From Piromyces finnis finn (taxonomy: Eukaryota > Fungi > Neocallimastigomycota): a stretch of 64,000 nt of DNA. Every line of letters starts with the position of its first letter. Within the stretch, counting starts at the first letter, position 1. Shown here piece after piece: positions 1 through 12,629 of the stretch. The notes beneath the pieces were generated by a model. That model was given only the letters and a program-made list of their open reading frames with translations, was not told the origin of the DNA and ran no database searches. Both the position numbers and the translations under genes were made by a program. The stretch covers positions 372,001 to 436,000 of the forward strand of contig MCFH01000021.1 of assembly GCA_002104945.1 (NCBI GenBank), in the 5' to 3' direction.

Positions 1-742
1 GGAATCCTATTGATTTTTTTCAAAAATATCCAATAATTTTTGATTATTAACAATATTATCATCGTAATAATCATTATAGTAAGTACATTTTGAAGTCAAA
101 ATATTCAATTCAGTAAATTAATATATTATAATTTAATTTTCTTTTTTTTTTTTTTCATTTTATTTATATTAATAAACTTTATTAATTTTACTTTTAACAA
201 GATTCTTTACATCAAACTTAAATCGGCATATAACACAGTCAACACATAAGAATCTGGATATAAACTATAAATATTTTAGATTGAGTTTATGAACTTTTTA
301 TATCAGTATTTATATTTCTTATATCTTTCAAAAATTAAGGGCTCCCATAAATTTGAAAATGAATTTTTAAATAATGTACACTTCTTTTGAGGTTTTCTTT
401 TATGAATCTTATTCGTTAGTTTACATGACTTTTTGGTCCAAAAATAGGAAAAATACAAGAGGAATTTTTTTTCGTTTATTGAAATAATGTTTTTGAATAT
501 TAGCATAAAAACAAGCTAACCAAAGTATGAACAGTTCCTTAGACATATTTATGTATTTTTTATGTATTTGTAATTTTATAAAACTATAAATTAATATTGT
601 ACTACTTTTTTTATTCTTTGGTTATTTTTTTTAAAAAAAAAAGATTTAAAAAAGTTACAATATTTATATTATAAAATAAAAGATTATAAAAACTCAAATA
701 GTTTTTTTTAAATAAATTTAAGTGTAAACTAAATTTATTATC

Positions 743-1210
743 ATTTTATTTTATTTTATTTTATTTTATTTTATTTTATTTTATTTTATTTTATTTTATT
801 TTATTTTATTTTATTTTATTTTATTTTATTTTATTTTTATTTTATTTTATTTTATTTTATTTTATTTTATTTTATTTTATTTTATTTTATTTTATTTTAT
901 TTTATTTTATTTTATTTTATTTTATTTTATTTTATTTTATTTTATTTTTATTTTATTTTATTTTATTTTATTTTATTTTATTTTATTTTATTTTATTTTA
1001 TTTTATTTTATTTTATTTTATTTTATTTTATTTTATTTTATTTTATTTTATTTTATTTTATTTTATTTTATTTTATTTTATTTTATTTTATTTTATTTTA
1101 TTTTTTTTTTTTTATTTTATTTTATTTTATTTTATTTTATTTTTTTTTTTTTTTTTTTTTTTTTTTTATTTTATTTTATTTTATTTTATTTTATTTTATT
1201 TTATTTTATT
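743..1210. repeat. (TTTTA)n pentanucleotide microsatellite, about 470 bp, interrupted by poly-T runs
   Basis: Directly visible tandem ATTTT units with occasional phase slips and T runs near 1100 and 1140-1165. Confidence 0.98.
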
Positions 1211-1324
1211 AATTTAATCATAAATGAATTTTCTAGCGAGATAAAAAAAAAAAATATTAGAATGTAATGAGGAGGGTTTACCAAAAAAATTAATTATTTA
1301 TAAAATAAAACTTAAATTTAGAGA

Positions 1325-1888
1325 ATGTATAAATTGTTAACGAAAGAATTTTGTAATAGGGTCACTAACAACATTATTCAAAATAATGCTGATAACTTAT
1401 CAATTGTAGGAGATAATATTAATTTTAAATTTTTACTGTCTGAAGAAATTGAGAATATTTTTGAAGTTGTTATAAAGAATAGTATAGATGCAGTTTACAA
1501 TATCATGTATAATGACATAACATCTTTTATTGATGTTTTTTTTTTAAAAATTATCCATATTTAAAAGATGAAATTAATTATATATTTGAAGAATATGCAA
1601 TGGAAAAAAAGAATGTTATAGCTTTTTATAAAAAAATTGAAAACTTTAAATAGTGATAGAATATCCACATATAATAGTGATTTAATTATAAAATATAATT
1701 ATTTAATTAAAGAAATCAATTCCCGTCTTCTAGAGGGATCTATTAATATATATAAAAGTAATAATGATCTTAATATAAATGATGAATATACAGATACTGA
1801 TAATACACAATACGAAGAATCAGAATATATGAATAATATAATAATTATTTTAAATACTTTTACACTAATTGTTATAACTTTTTTTTAA
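1325..1888 (+). pseudogene. Frameshifted ORF relic (about 185 aa if repaired), weakly resembling a dynamin-family middle/stalk domain
   Basis: ORFs 1325..1564 and 1637..1888 join into one frame if frameshifts at the T10 run (~1536-1545) and A7 run (~1630-1636) are corrected, giving ...FKNYPYLKDEINYIFEEYAMEKKNVIAFYKKLKTLNSDRISTYNSDL. By eye this resembles the dynamin stalk pattern f.rfP.L...i..iv...l.e...i.T.n..f. No GTPase domain is seen. Confidence 0.3.
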
Positions 1889-1974
1889 TAATTAATATAT
1901 TTTATGAAAATTTTTAGAAAAGGATAAAATAATACACAAATAATAATCTTTATAATGCGTATGATTATTCTAGT

Positions 1975-2400
1975 ATGTGCAAGAAAATATTTAAATTCCT
2001 TCTTGGGGGAAGAAGTTTTAGCAATATCAATTACAATTCAAGGGAATGGAAAGAACTTTGCAAGTGTCAGATTCAATCAAGCACTTACGAAGGAACACCA
2101 TTCCTGACGGTAACAGCGGAACTTCTAACCAAAATCATACCTTTTGTTATTTTCCAGCAATGGTCAATGTTTAAAAGGTTTGAAGCAACATCCATGAGCG
2201 TCAATGCTGAAGAAACAGTAAGACAGGCCAGGAAGGCCAGCGCAACCAATGGAGATCATAATTTTGTCCCATGATAAAATTTTGATTTTTGGCTCGGAGT
2301 TCCATTGGAAGTCAAATACAATTATTATACTGTAGTATAATAGTGGCTTTCTTACTTTAATTAAAATTACTAGAATACATTTTACCCAATTTTTATTCAT
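1975..2400. other. GC-elevated island of unknown identity (foreign coding relic or structured RNA)
   Basis: Visibly higher GC than the flanks. Overlapping ORFs on both strands use codons atypical of the neighbouring genes. Several short hairpins are present. No family was recognised. Confidence 0.4.
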
Positions 2401-3209
2401 TTGGGTTTATTTAAACATATTTTTTTATTTTTATTTTTATTCTTTTACAACATGTATTATTATTTTAATTAAATTAATAATAAAGTTTAAAAATATTTGA
2501 CGTCGTTAAAAAAAAGAAATAATAATCTATATATGGTTTTTGATTTTCAAATATAAGAAAAAAAAATTTATAATAAAAATAATAAAATATTAAATATGTT
2601 TTTTTTTTTTTTTTTAAAGAATATCTATTATTATGATGCTAAACAAAGATATATAAGAATGAAATATAAATTTTGGGTTTAAATAAATAATAATAATATA
2701 CTAATTGAAATTATTTTTTTTACAGTTTTTTAAACAAATGATAATATTGAATTTATATTCAAGGCAATTATCGAAATGAAAAAAAAACACTTCAAAGTTA
2801 AAATATAAGACTAACAAGGTGTCTTAATTTAGTAACATATAATATTATAATATTGATGAATTAAAATAGTATAAATATTATAAATATTATATTTTGATAT
2901 CTATTATAGATATATACATTAATACGGATGAAAATGATAATTTATAAATTAATCCTATATTTACATCTAATAAGTTACAAAAATACACTAGTATTATAAA
3001 TAATAAAATAATTTTTTAAATAAATTTTAAGATTTTATATTTTTTCGAAATTAATTTAAAGGCTAGGTTTGATTTATAATATAATTCAAAGATCTAAATA
3101 ATTTTTATTTTATTATAATTTTATTTATATAGATTAATTAATAATTATACCAATTATTATGATTATTACTACAATTATAATTTTATTATTTTATTATAAA
3201 ATTGTTTTT

Positions 3210-4148
3210 TTAAAGATCTTTTTTAACTTCTTCCTTTTCTGTAACAGGTTCTTCTTTCTTTTCTTTTTCTTCCTTATTATTTACCTTTTTGTTTTTCAAT
3301 TCCTTTTGTTTTTCAATATATACTCTTTTTGTTTCATAAATTTCACTATATTCTTGAGTTGGTACATTAATAATATCAAGAAGTCCAAAAATAATAATTA
3401 ATCCTGAACATAATCTACATATTATCAATGGAGTGTAATTTTTTGTAAATGATATAACAATATGACTACCCCAAATAAGATGGAATACATATACAACCCA
3501 ACCAGTAAGACAAATTAATGTAGTATAAAAAACATAATTACTTATTTTAAGATAAAGAGGTTTAATATTATCTTTCCAACGAAGGAATAAAAATGCACAT
3601 GATGCAAATAATGGAATTAATTCAAAAACTGTTAAATAAGCAATCTTATAAACAATAAATTTAGTATCTTGTGAACGAGCAAAACTAATAAACATTAAAA
3701 GAATAGTAAAGTGGTAAACAAGTGTTGCTAAGAGCATAAATGAAATTGATTCATCAACCCTGTGTTCAATTGACTTTATATCTTTTGTATCAACTTCTCT
3801 TGTAATAGCATTAATGGATCTGTTGTTGTTGTTATTTTTTAATACCAAATGTTTGCGTTTGCATGTATGTAAATGTAATATTATTTTGTATTATTTATTG
3901 TATTATTATTTTAAAAAAAAAAAAAGAAAAAAAGAAATCAATTGATTATTAAATTAATAAGAACACATAAAGATTATTTATAAATTTTACCTTGCACATA
4001 ACCATAAAGCAATTACAGTAGTTGCTATTGACATAAATATCCAATCTATACGAATGCTAAAAACTTTTGAAATTATAAAGATTAAGAACATATTACTTAA
4101 AAATCTAAAACTTTTAGATGAAAAATCTCTGATTGGTACTGAAGCCAT
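3210..4148 (-). CDS. Uncharacterised multi-pass membrane protein (255 aa, 2 exons) with a C-terminal KKxx motif
   Basis: Exon 1 4148..3991 (MASVPIRDF...LWLCA) and exon 2 3819..3210. The GT-AG intron 3990..3820 is phase-compatible (ag|a gives Arg). About 6 hydrophobic segments, then a charged tail ending KKDL*. Confidence 0.8.
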
Positions 4149-5797
4149 TTTATTTATATTTTCTTTGTTTTAGTGTTTTATAAAATTAATTTAATTAATA
4201 ATTTTATTGATTTATTATTTTTTTTTCTTTTTTTTTTTTTTTTTTTTAATTTAAAAAAATATATCCTTAAATTGAAAATATATATAATATTATTGAATTA
4301 TTCTTAGTTATTAATTTAATTATTTTCTTCTTCCTTCAACCTAAAAATCTCAAATATTAGAGATTGAAAAATATAAGCAAAATAAAATTATAATTTATTA
4401 GTTTATTAGTTTATTAATTCTATGTAAATAAAATATATATATTATAATTTTGAAATTCTAATTGTTTAGTTCAATAGATTTATAATCCATTTAAAAAAAC
4501 AATTTGAATTTGAAATTCATTTAGATTTAAATGCTGTAATTATCCTCCTATTGTTTCTTGAGTATATAATAATTTAATATATCATATTATATTATTTTAA
4601 TTATTATAAAGATTATTGATAAGAACATAAATTATTTATATCAAAATAATAATTACATAATTACCTTGTATAACAATTTTATTTTTTTTTAAAAAAAAAA
4701 ATCAAAATTTTCAATTTTTAATTTTTAATACAATCATTTATTAAATTTTTAATTATCAAAATTTCCATGATATTAAATTAATTCTTTTTTTTTTTTTTTT
4801 AATTATTATTATACAGAAAATATAGCTATTTTCATTTATATCAACACAAACAATTAATTTACTATTGATTATAAATATTTATTATTTTTTACTATTATTA
4901 AACAAATATAAATATAATATTATATTTAAAATATTATTATATAATTATATTTAAAAAAAGTATTTTAATTTTTCCAAAAAACATAATAAATATCTGACGT
5001 GTTAATCAAAATTTATATATCTTCGAAGATAAAAAATTTTATAAAATTTTGATATTTTATAAAATTATAAAATTGAAATAAAAGAAAATAGTATATCTAA
5101 TAATAATATATGATAAATGGTTAAGTTAAAAATAAATATATTTTAAATAATAGTAAATTACTAATAATGATAAATGGTATTAACAAAAGGAACAAGAAAA
5201 ACTTCTTTTATCTAAAGAAAATAGAAAATTAAAATGCTTTATTTAGTTTTAATAAAATATGAATTAAAATGATTGTTAAATAACTTTATTATATATTCTA
5301 AATTGTTACCTAATTATTTGAAATAAATGACAGCTTTTTATTTATAAGATTATTTTTATATCTTAAAAATATAAAGTCTATTTTATTATAATCAAAGAAG
5401 AATGTGATTTGAAATTATTTAAATTAAACTTAATGATTTTTACCGTTTTTTTGAAATTAAATTTAATATGGAAAAATATTAACAAATCAGGAATATTTTA
5501 TTGTATTAATTTTTTGATGTTTATTTTTTAAGTTAATTAAAATTATTTAAATTGTAATAAATAATTAAATAAATGTACTTTTGTGTTACTTTGTATTTTA
5601 TAATTATTATTTTAAATGGCTGTAATTTAATTGTAAAAATATTAATTTTTTATATATTTAATTTGAACTAAATGTATAAAAGGCCTTTTTTTTTTAAAAA
5701 AAAAATTTATAAAACAAATTTTAAATAACGATAAACATTAAAATATAAAAAAAAATTAAAACTCTTTTATAAAATTATACTATAACCTGAAGAAAAA

Positions 5798-5899
5798 ATG
5801 TTCCTTGTCAAAACCATGTTCTATATTAAGAAGGGATGTTGGAAGGTTAAGCGAGGATTTAAAAGGATTTTTAAGAAATCGAAAAAAGTAGTTTCTTAG
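5798..5899 (+). CDS. Candidate small cationic ORF, 33 aa (MFLVKTMFYIKKGCWKVKRGFKRIFKKSKKVVS)
   Basis: A-rich start context (aaaaaATG) like real genes here, in a locally GC-richer patch. No homology recognised. Confidence 0.15.
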   Translation: MFLVKTMFYIKKGCWKVKRGFKRIFKKSKKVVS

Positions 5900-6509
5900 A
5901 ATAAAATAATAAGGATTCATTACTCAAAGTTCTATAATGTCAAAATATACCAATAGTTATTTATTTTATTAATTATTGCATTATATTACATAATGTAACT
6001 ATTCAATTCTTTTTATTTTTATTATAAATGATGTAATAATAATCATATTATCAATTATCATTGATAATTTATATCCTACATACTTTATATTTCAAATAAA
6101 AAATAATAATATATGTAAAAATGAAAAATATTAAATAAAATAAGAATAACTATTCATTAAAAAAAATAATAAATAATATTATATGGAAATTACTCTTTTA
6201 TGAGATATAGTATAAATTTCATTTTAATTATTTATATCTTTTATATATACATAAATTAATAATTATATATTAAAAGAAACACAAAAAATAAAAAAATTAA
6301 AATAAATTTTTAATTTATAAAACTTTAAGAATTATTGAAAACTCTCGTTTATTTATTTTATTATATTTAAAATAATAAATACAAAGTTATTTAATCATAT
6401 AATTTTTTTTTTTTTTTTTTTGTTTTTTTGTTCTTTGTTTTTTCTTTTAAAAAAAATATATTTATTAAATAATACTAATGTAAATTAAACTCTAAAATGT
6501 CATTATTTT

Positions 6510-9500
6510 CTATTTCTTTTTATTTTTAAGATCCATTTGATGTTGTAATGCAGCTTGACGAGATTGAGTTAGCTGTTGATAAATTTGTTGAACATTGGTA
6601 TGTGCACCCATTAAATTAGGATTATTAAGTTGAGGTGGGAATGTCATAGTTGGATAAGGAATACCACTAGCTGCTGCATATTGTTGACGTCTAACTTGTT
6701 CAAGAGCAGTTTTCTGTGTTTGTAGATTATATGCCTCTAATGAAGCTTCCGCATATTGTTGTGGAATACCACGTGTACCTTGAAGAAGCTGAATAGGTAC
6801 AGCATTTTGTTGTTGTTGGAGTGCTAATTGTTGTTGAATAAGAAGTTGTTGTTGATGTGTCAATAATGAAGTTGGTATACCAGCATTTTGATGTTGCATG
6901 AAGCCCATATTTGCCACTAATTAAATATAAAAATATTTAAGGAAATAAAAAAAAAAAATTAGTATTGTTATATATTAATATGATTTATTCTGTATTTTAT
7001 AAATGATTTATTTATTAAGGAATAATTGATACTTTTAAGTTGATTGTTTAACTATTGATGTTAATAATAATAAAGAAAAATAACAAATTAAATGTTAGTC
7101 AATATAAAATAAATATTAAATATATTTTTTCACTTTTTTTAATTTTATAATATGATTATTACCATAGATGGTGGTGATCCTGATATTATTTTAGCTTGAG
7201 CTGCTGCTGCATTTGCATTAAATCCTTCTGGATAATATTTATTCATTGCAGCTGTAGCTGTAGCTGTATTTGGTTGATGAAGATTAAGAGGTGGAGAAGA
7301 TTTATATGGAATGTTTGGTGTTGTTTTAACACGATTTTGAGAAGATAGTAATGGGGTGGTTTGTTGTGTTTGTTGTTGAGTTATTGGTTGTGCAGGAAGT
7401 GACGGTGTTTTCATTAATGGTGTGCTTTGGGTAACAGCTATTCCATTAGCTACTGTTGTTGCGGCTGTTGGTATTTTTTGTGTCACTTTATTCACAGGTG
7501 ATTGTTGCGTTATTTGAGGAGTTGATATTGTAGTAGTTGATGCATTTATTGGTTTAGTAGGTATTGAAGGTGTAATATTAGTTTTTACTTGAGCAGTTGC
7601 AGAAGTAGATAATGACTTGTTCTGAATTGTAGGTGTAGCTTTTAAAGGAGGTGTGCTTTGGTTCTGCAATTGAAGTTGTTGAACTTGGGCATTTTGGATT
7701 GTTTGTGTACCTTGGACTGGAACTTGAGCCTTTGCTTCCATTGCTGTTTTAACTGTTTGTGCTGCATTTTCTTTTTGTAATTGTTGATATCTTTGTTGTA
7801 AAATTTGTTGTTGCTCACTTTCTTGCAACTTTTTCAATTGAACCTTTTGAAGTTGAATTTGATGTGTCAATTGAAATTGAAGCTGAATTACTTGAGATTG
7901 ATTTAAATGAGGTTGAGGCTTTTGTAATTGTGCTAAATGTAATTGACTTTGTTGAATTTGTTGTTGTAATTGAACTTGTTGAAGTTGATTCTTTTGTAGT
8001 AATTGAGTCTGTTGCAATTGAGTCTGTTGTAATTGAGTTGGTTGTAACTGAGTTGGTTGTAATTGAGCCTGTTGTAATTGTGCTTGTTGTAATTGTGCTT
8101 GTTGTAATTGAACTTGTTGTAATTGGGCTTGTTGTAACTGAGTTGGTTGCAATTGTGTTAGTTGTAATTGAGTTTGTTGAAGTTGTGTTGGCTGTAATGG
8201 AGTAGATTGTAATTGGGTTGGTTGTAATGGAGTTTGTTGTAATGGAGTCTTTTGTAATTGGGATTGTTGTAACTTTTGTTGTAATGACGTTGCTGGATTT
8301 GGTGGAGTTTGAACTGGATTATTAACAGGACTAAATGTAATTGGATTAACTGCATTTGGTAATGGAGCCACTGTTTGACCTGATTTACTTGAATTTAATT
8401 TACTATTACTTTGAGTTTTTGCTTTTTTAGCAACATGTGGGGAATACTGATAAGATGAAGAATTAGATACAGAAGAAATATTAGAATACAGAGTTTGAGG
8501 TGAATTAAGATTTATAGAGCTTTTAACTTGAATAGTAGAAAGCATTGAGGTTGGTATAGAATGGATTCCATTTTCATTTGTAGGATCCGGTTGATAAATA
8601 ACAGAATATGAATTTTCTTTATCCTTATCAATATCATCTGATACTAATTTATTTGTTAACGAGTAAAAATATATAAAGTTTGCAATATAATATTCGGCTG
8701 CGGCATTATTGCCAATAGGGTATCTATATGAAGCAAAAATAAATTTAAAAATAAATATACATAATAATGCTTTGATTATATATTAAAAGTAAAATAAATT
8801 TTATTAATATTACTTTAATAAGCCTCCATTTATACTAGTATTTGGTATTGTACCCCAACGAAGAACTGCTTCATTTTCACCATTCGACAATTCGTAAATA
8901 TTCAATACAGTATAAGTTTTAATTCCACGCGTAGTATTTTCAAATCTTTTAATTCAACATTTTTATCAAATTAAAAAAAATATATAAATAAATGAATAAT
9001 GCATTTAATATTTAATAGTTATTAACAATCATAATAATCTTAATACTAATTATGATAATAAAAATATTATTATTATGTTTTATGTATTATGTATTATTAC
9101 CTTAAAGTTCTTACAACTCTATTTAAATTATGAAGTAGGGTTCTAGATGTAGGTGATACTTTTGTATCTAATATATATTTTCAAAAAAAAAAAAAACATT
9201 TATTATATATTATTATTAATATAAAACATATATTTTCTCAGAATAATATCCTTTTATAAATTATCCTTACTTGGCTTTTTATTAGAAGAACTTATACATA
9301 TTAATGGTTCAGAATCAGCCATGACTTTTTTCTTCCTCCATTCCTCTATGAAATTTATTCTATTGAATCTTGATCTTGATTCTTTTTTATTCTTTTTTTT
9401 TTTGTTGTTGTTGTTGTTGTTCATATTATGATTAATAAAACATGAAAATACTTCATTAATAAAGCTACTTTTGTCGTATTTTTAATTAAAATTATAAAAA

Positions 9501-10744
9501 CAAGATAAAAAAAAAAAAGATATAATGATTTTATAATAGTTTTTACCTTATTGTTAGAAAATAATAATAATAATTGTTGTTGTTGAGCTTTCTTTTCAGC
9601 TTCCTCATCTTCATTAGTTTTATCCTTTCTCTTTTTTTTCTTAATATTATGTTTGCAATCATTATAATTAATTAAATTTTTTATTTTTGAAACCTCTATT
9701 TTAGGTTCTAAGCATAAATCTTTTTCGATAGATGTCTTTTTAATAAATTAAAATAATAAACAATATGAATAAGAATATACATAATAATATAATAATTATT
9801 TAGATATATTAACTATGATAGAAACAATAATTTTTAATAATAATTAACATTACTAAAAATATTTACCAATATCTTAGATTCTATTTCAAGAGATGCATCT
9901 TGTGTCCATTGCGGATGACCAAAACGCTCATTAAGAAGGCATAAATCCATCCATAAATTTTCTGGTGTCATATGAAGCCAAATTCTTGTAATTTCGGCAG
10001 AAGTTAATTCTGTTTGGTCATTCAAACAATGATTTCGAACTTCAACAGCAATGTTTCCTTAATAATTAAATATGATAATTATATAAAAACATTTAATAAA
10101 AAGAAAAGGGGGTAAATAAATAAATAAAAAGAGAAAATTAAATTTCATGTTTAAAAAATTACTTTTTTTTAAATATATACATATTAAATTAATCTTACCA
10201 TTATAAAATTTACACTTTTGTTTATCCAAAACATCCAGTAAACTTGATGGAATTGTATGTTCATTTAAATTTTCAATAAATGTCTAATTCATATAAAATG
10301 TTCATATTACGATAATTAATATATTTAAATATATAGAATAAAATATATATCAAAAATACCTTCAAAGAACCATTATATGAAAAAGTTACATCCTATATAT
10401 TAATAACAAAAAGTATTTTGAACATTTTACTCAATTTTTAATGTTTTTATAATAATAATTAAAGTATATATTAATTCTGTTACTTACTTTATTATTAAAT
10501 GTAAAATAATTTGCGTATAAATTAATTACTATAGAAGGAGTAATTTTGTCTATTAAAATAATAAAATTGGATATTTCATTATTGTATTTATATATATAAT
10601 GTTAATAATAATAATAACAGATTTCTACTTATGAATATATCATAAATAGGAGTATATTTATAATTTTATTTATGAATATAATATAATTATACCTAATAAT
10701 GGAAATGATGAATTTCTCTTTTTTAACGTCCTTATTGGTGTCAT
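6510..10744 (-). CDS. SPT20: SAGA complex subunit Spt20-like protein with a long Q-rich low-complexity C-terminus (multi-exon)
   Basis: Spliced N-terminal exons give PSIVINLYANYF..DVTFSYNGSLKTFIENLNEHTIPSSLLDVL..KFYNGNIAVEVRNH..RIWLHMTPENLWMDL..LEIESKIL..LCLEP, matching the Spt20 domain pattern (FL..I....IP..L / FY.G.I.VEV.D / L.LDP). Start exon 10744..10693. A 19-nt microexon at 7051..7033 restores phase before the last exon. Confidence 0.8.
7998..8275. repeat. Coding 15-bp tandem repeat encoding LQ(P/Q)(T/A)Q pentapeptides within SPT20
   Basis: Repeated gttgtaattgagttg-like units, about 18 copies. The translation reads QLQPT/QLQQA. Confidence 0.9.
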
Positions 10745-12503
10745 TTTTGTATATTGTAAATTATTATATTAACAAAAAAAAATAATGTTTGATTTTATAT
10801 AATTAATGGTTGAAATATATCTATCTTTCCCCCCTTTTTTTTTAATTCTTTAATTCCTCGACTTTATTTCAAAATTTTGGGAATACAATTTTTAAAAAAT
10901 AAAAAAAAAAAAATTAAAAATTTAAAATATTAATCTCTCTTAAGATTTAACTTTCAAAAAGGTTTCTTTTTTTTTTTTTGGTATAATTCCTTTATTCCCT
11001 TTTTTGTTTTAACTTTCTTTTTTCTTTGTTCAATATCTTTTAAAATATTAAATATATGTACAATTTTAAATTCATCTGATTATTGAAAATTTCGATATAA
11101 TATTAATATATACAAATTTGCTTATGCATTGATTATTGACAAAAGTATGAAAATTAATATGAAATATAGCCTTTAATTTTTGTTTATTTTGGAAAATAAA
11201 CATAAATTGACTAATATTTAAATGTTGAATAATTCTTAAAAACAGTTACTTTTAAATTATAATTTAAAAATAGACATACTCCAATAATTATTTTGTTGAA
11301 TTTATATTAAATTTTCAAGCATTAAATAAAATATTAAATTTATATAAATTAAATAACACAAAAGCTAATTAATTTATATTTCAGAGTTCTATATTAGTTT
11401 TGAAAATGACTTTATATAAATGAATAAGGTATTTTAATTTTAAAAGTTTATACTATTATTATTATAATAAAGATTATGGTCTATATAAAAAATTTTAATT
11501 TAATAATATTTTAATATATTAAAATATTTATATGAAAACTATACATATATTTATGATAATTAAAATAACTAAAATTTAAAATTTTAAAAATCAGGTTAGG
11601 ACAAGTACATAAATTTGTTCATTAACATCTTTATTTCTACTTTTAATAAAAAAAAAAATACCACGAGTTTAAATGTTTTCTTAATATGTGTTTTTTTAAT
11701 TATATACATTAATTGTTAATTATATATAATTATGTTTATTATAATTATTATTATCATTATTTCAATTATTGTAATTATGATAAAAAGGTTAAATCAATAA
11801 ATAAAATTATATATTGTATATTTAATGTTTAGAATGTTTATAATTTCTGTTTTTGTTTTGACATAATAATATTTTCAATGTAATTAACTTTACTGGAACA
11901 AATATGTTCAGCGCTTTTTTATTTTATTTTTATTTTTATATAACATTTTTAAATAAAATGTCTTATTAAGCATTCAAAATATATATTATCATAATCAACA
12001 GCGAGCTTTTAATAAAATTTTGAATATCAATTATCAATTAAAAATTTATTTTTTCATAGCAAATTCCAAGGTTACATATTAACTTTATTTAGTTTTTATT
12101 ATAAAATAAAATTTTAAAAGGAAATGTAAATAAATTATTAAAGTAAATAGCTACATATTGTAAATAAATTATTTCTTTATATAATTTTAACTGCATTATT
12201 CGATTAATATACCTACTAAAAAGAAGTATATTGATGTTGAAAAAATATTATTGCAAATATCCTTAAATTTTATTATGAATAAGGAAATTCATGTACTAAA
12301 AGAAAAAAAGAATAAGTACTTCTACCCTTATTAAAGGAATGATTATGAATAATAATAAATACATATTAAATAAAATTTATTTTATATTTTTAAATGATGA
12401 TTAACCAATCATATGCATTGTTAAATCATCCAACTATTATTACTAATTATATTAATCAATAAAAAGTATAAATAATACCTTTTTTTATTTTAATTTAATA
12501 ACC

Positions 12504-12629
12504 ATCAATCCCTAACATTTCTGCAGATCGAGTAAATCTTTCGCCTTTTACTAAAGATTTCCGTGTAGAATTGTTATAATGTTGGGAATATAAGAATTTT
12601 TGGAATTTTCTTCATAAAGAAGAAAAATT
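12504..12629 (+). ncRNA. U5: U5 spliceosomal snRNA
   Basis: Invariant loop I GCCTTTTAC at 12543-12551 inside AAATCTTTC..TAAAGATTTCCGTG. Stem CCCTAACATT/AATGTTGGG. Sm site AATTTTTGG at 12595-12603. 3' hairpin TTTTCTTC-ATAAA-GAAGAAAA. The exact 5' end is uncertain. Confidence 0.95.

Noticed and set aside
303-506. Short ORFs here and at 3159, 15814, 16017, 16134, 18643, 38096, 38723, 39581, 42213, 46855, 49675, 51228, 54556 and 60276
   Set aside because: Antisense or overlapping real exons, or low-complexity F/I/L/K/Y peptides expected from AT-rich DNA.
2220-2250. CAGGCCAGGAAGGCCAGC resembling SRP RNA helix 8
   Set aside because: Pairing around the GGAA does not reproduce the helix 8 symmetric loop, and no Alu domain was found.
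7759-8205. 148-aa V/I/E-rich ORF on the + strand
   Set aside because: Antisense shadow of the SPT20 15-bp coding repeat, which has no stops on the opposite strand.
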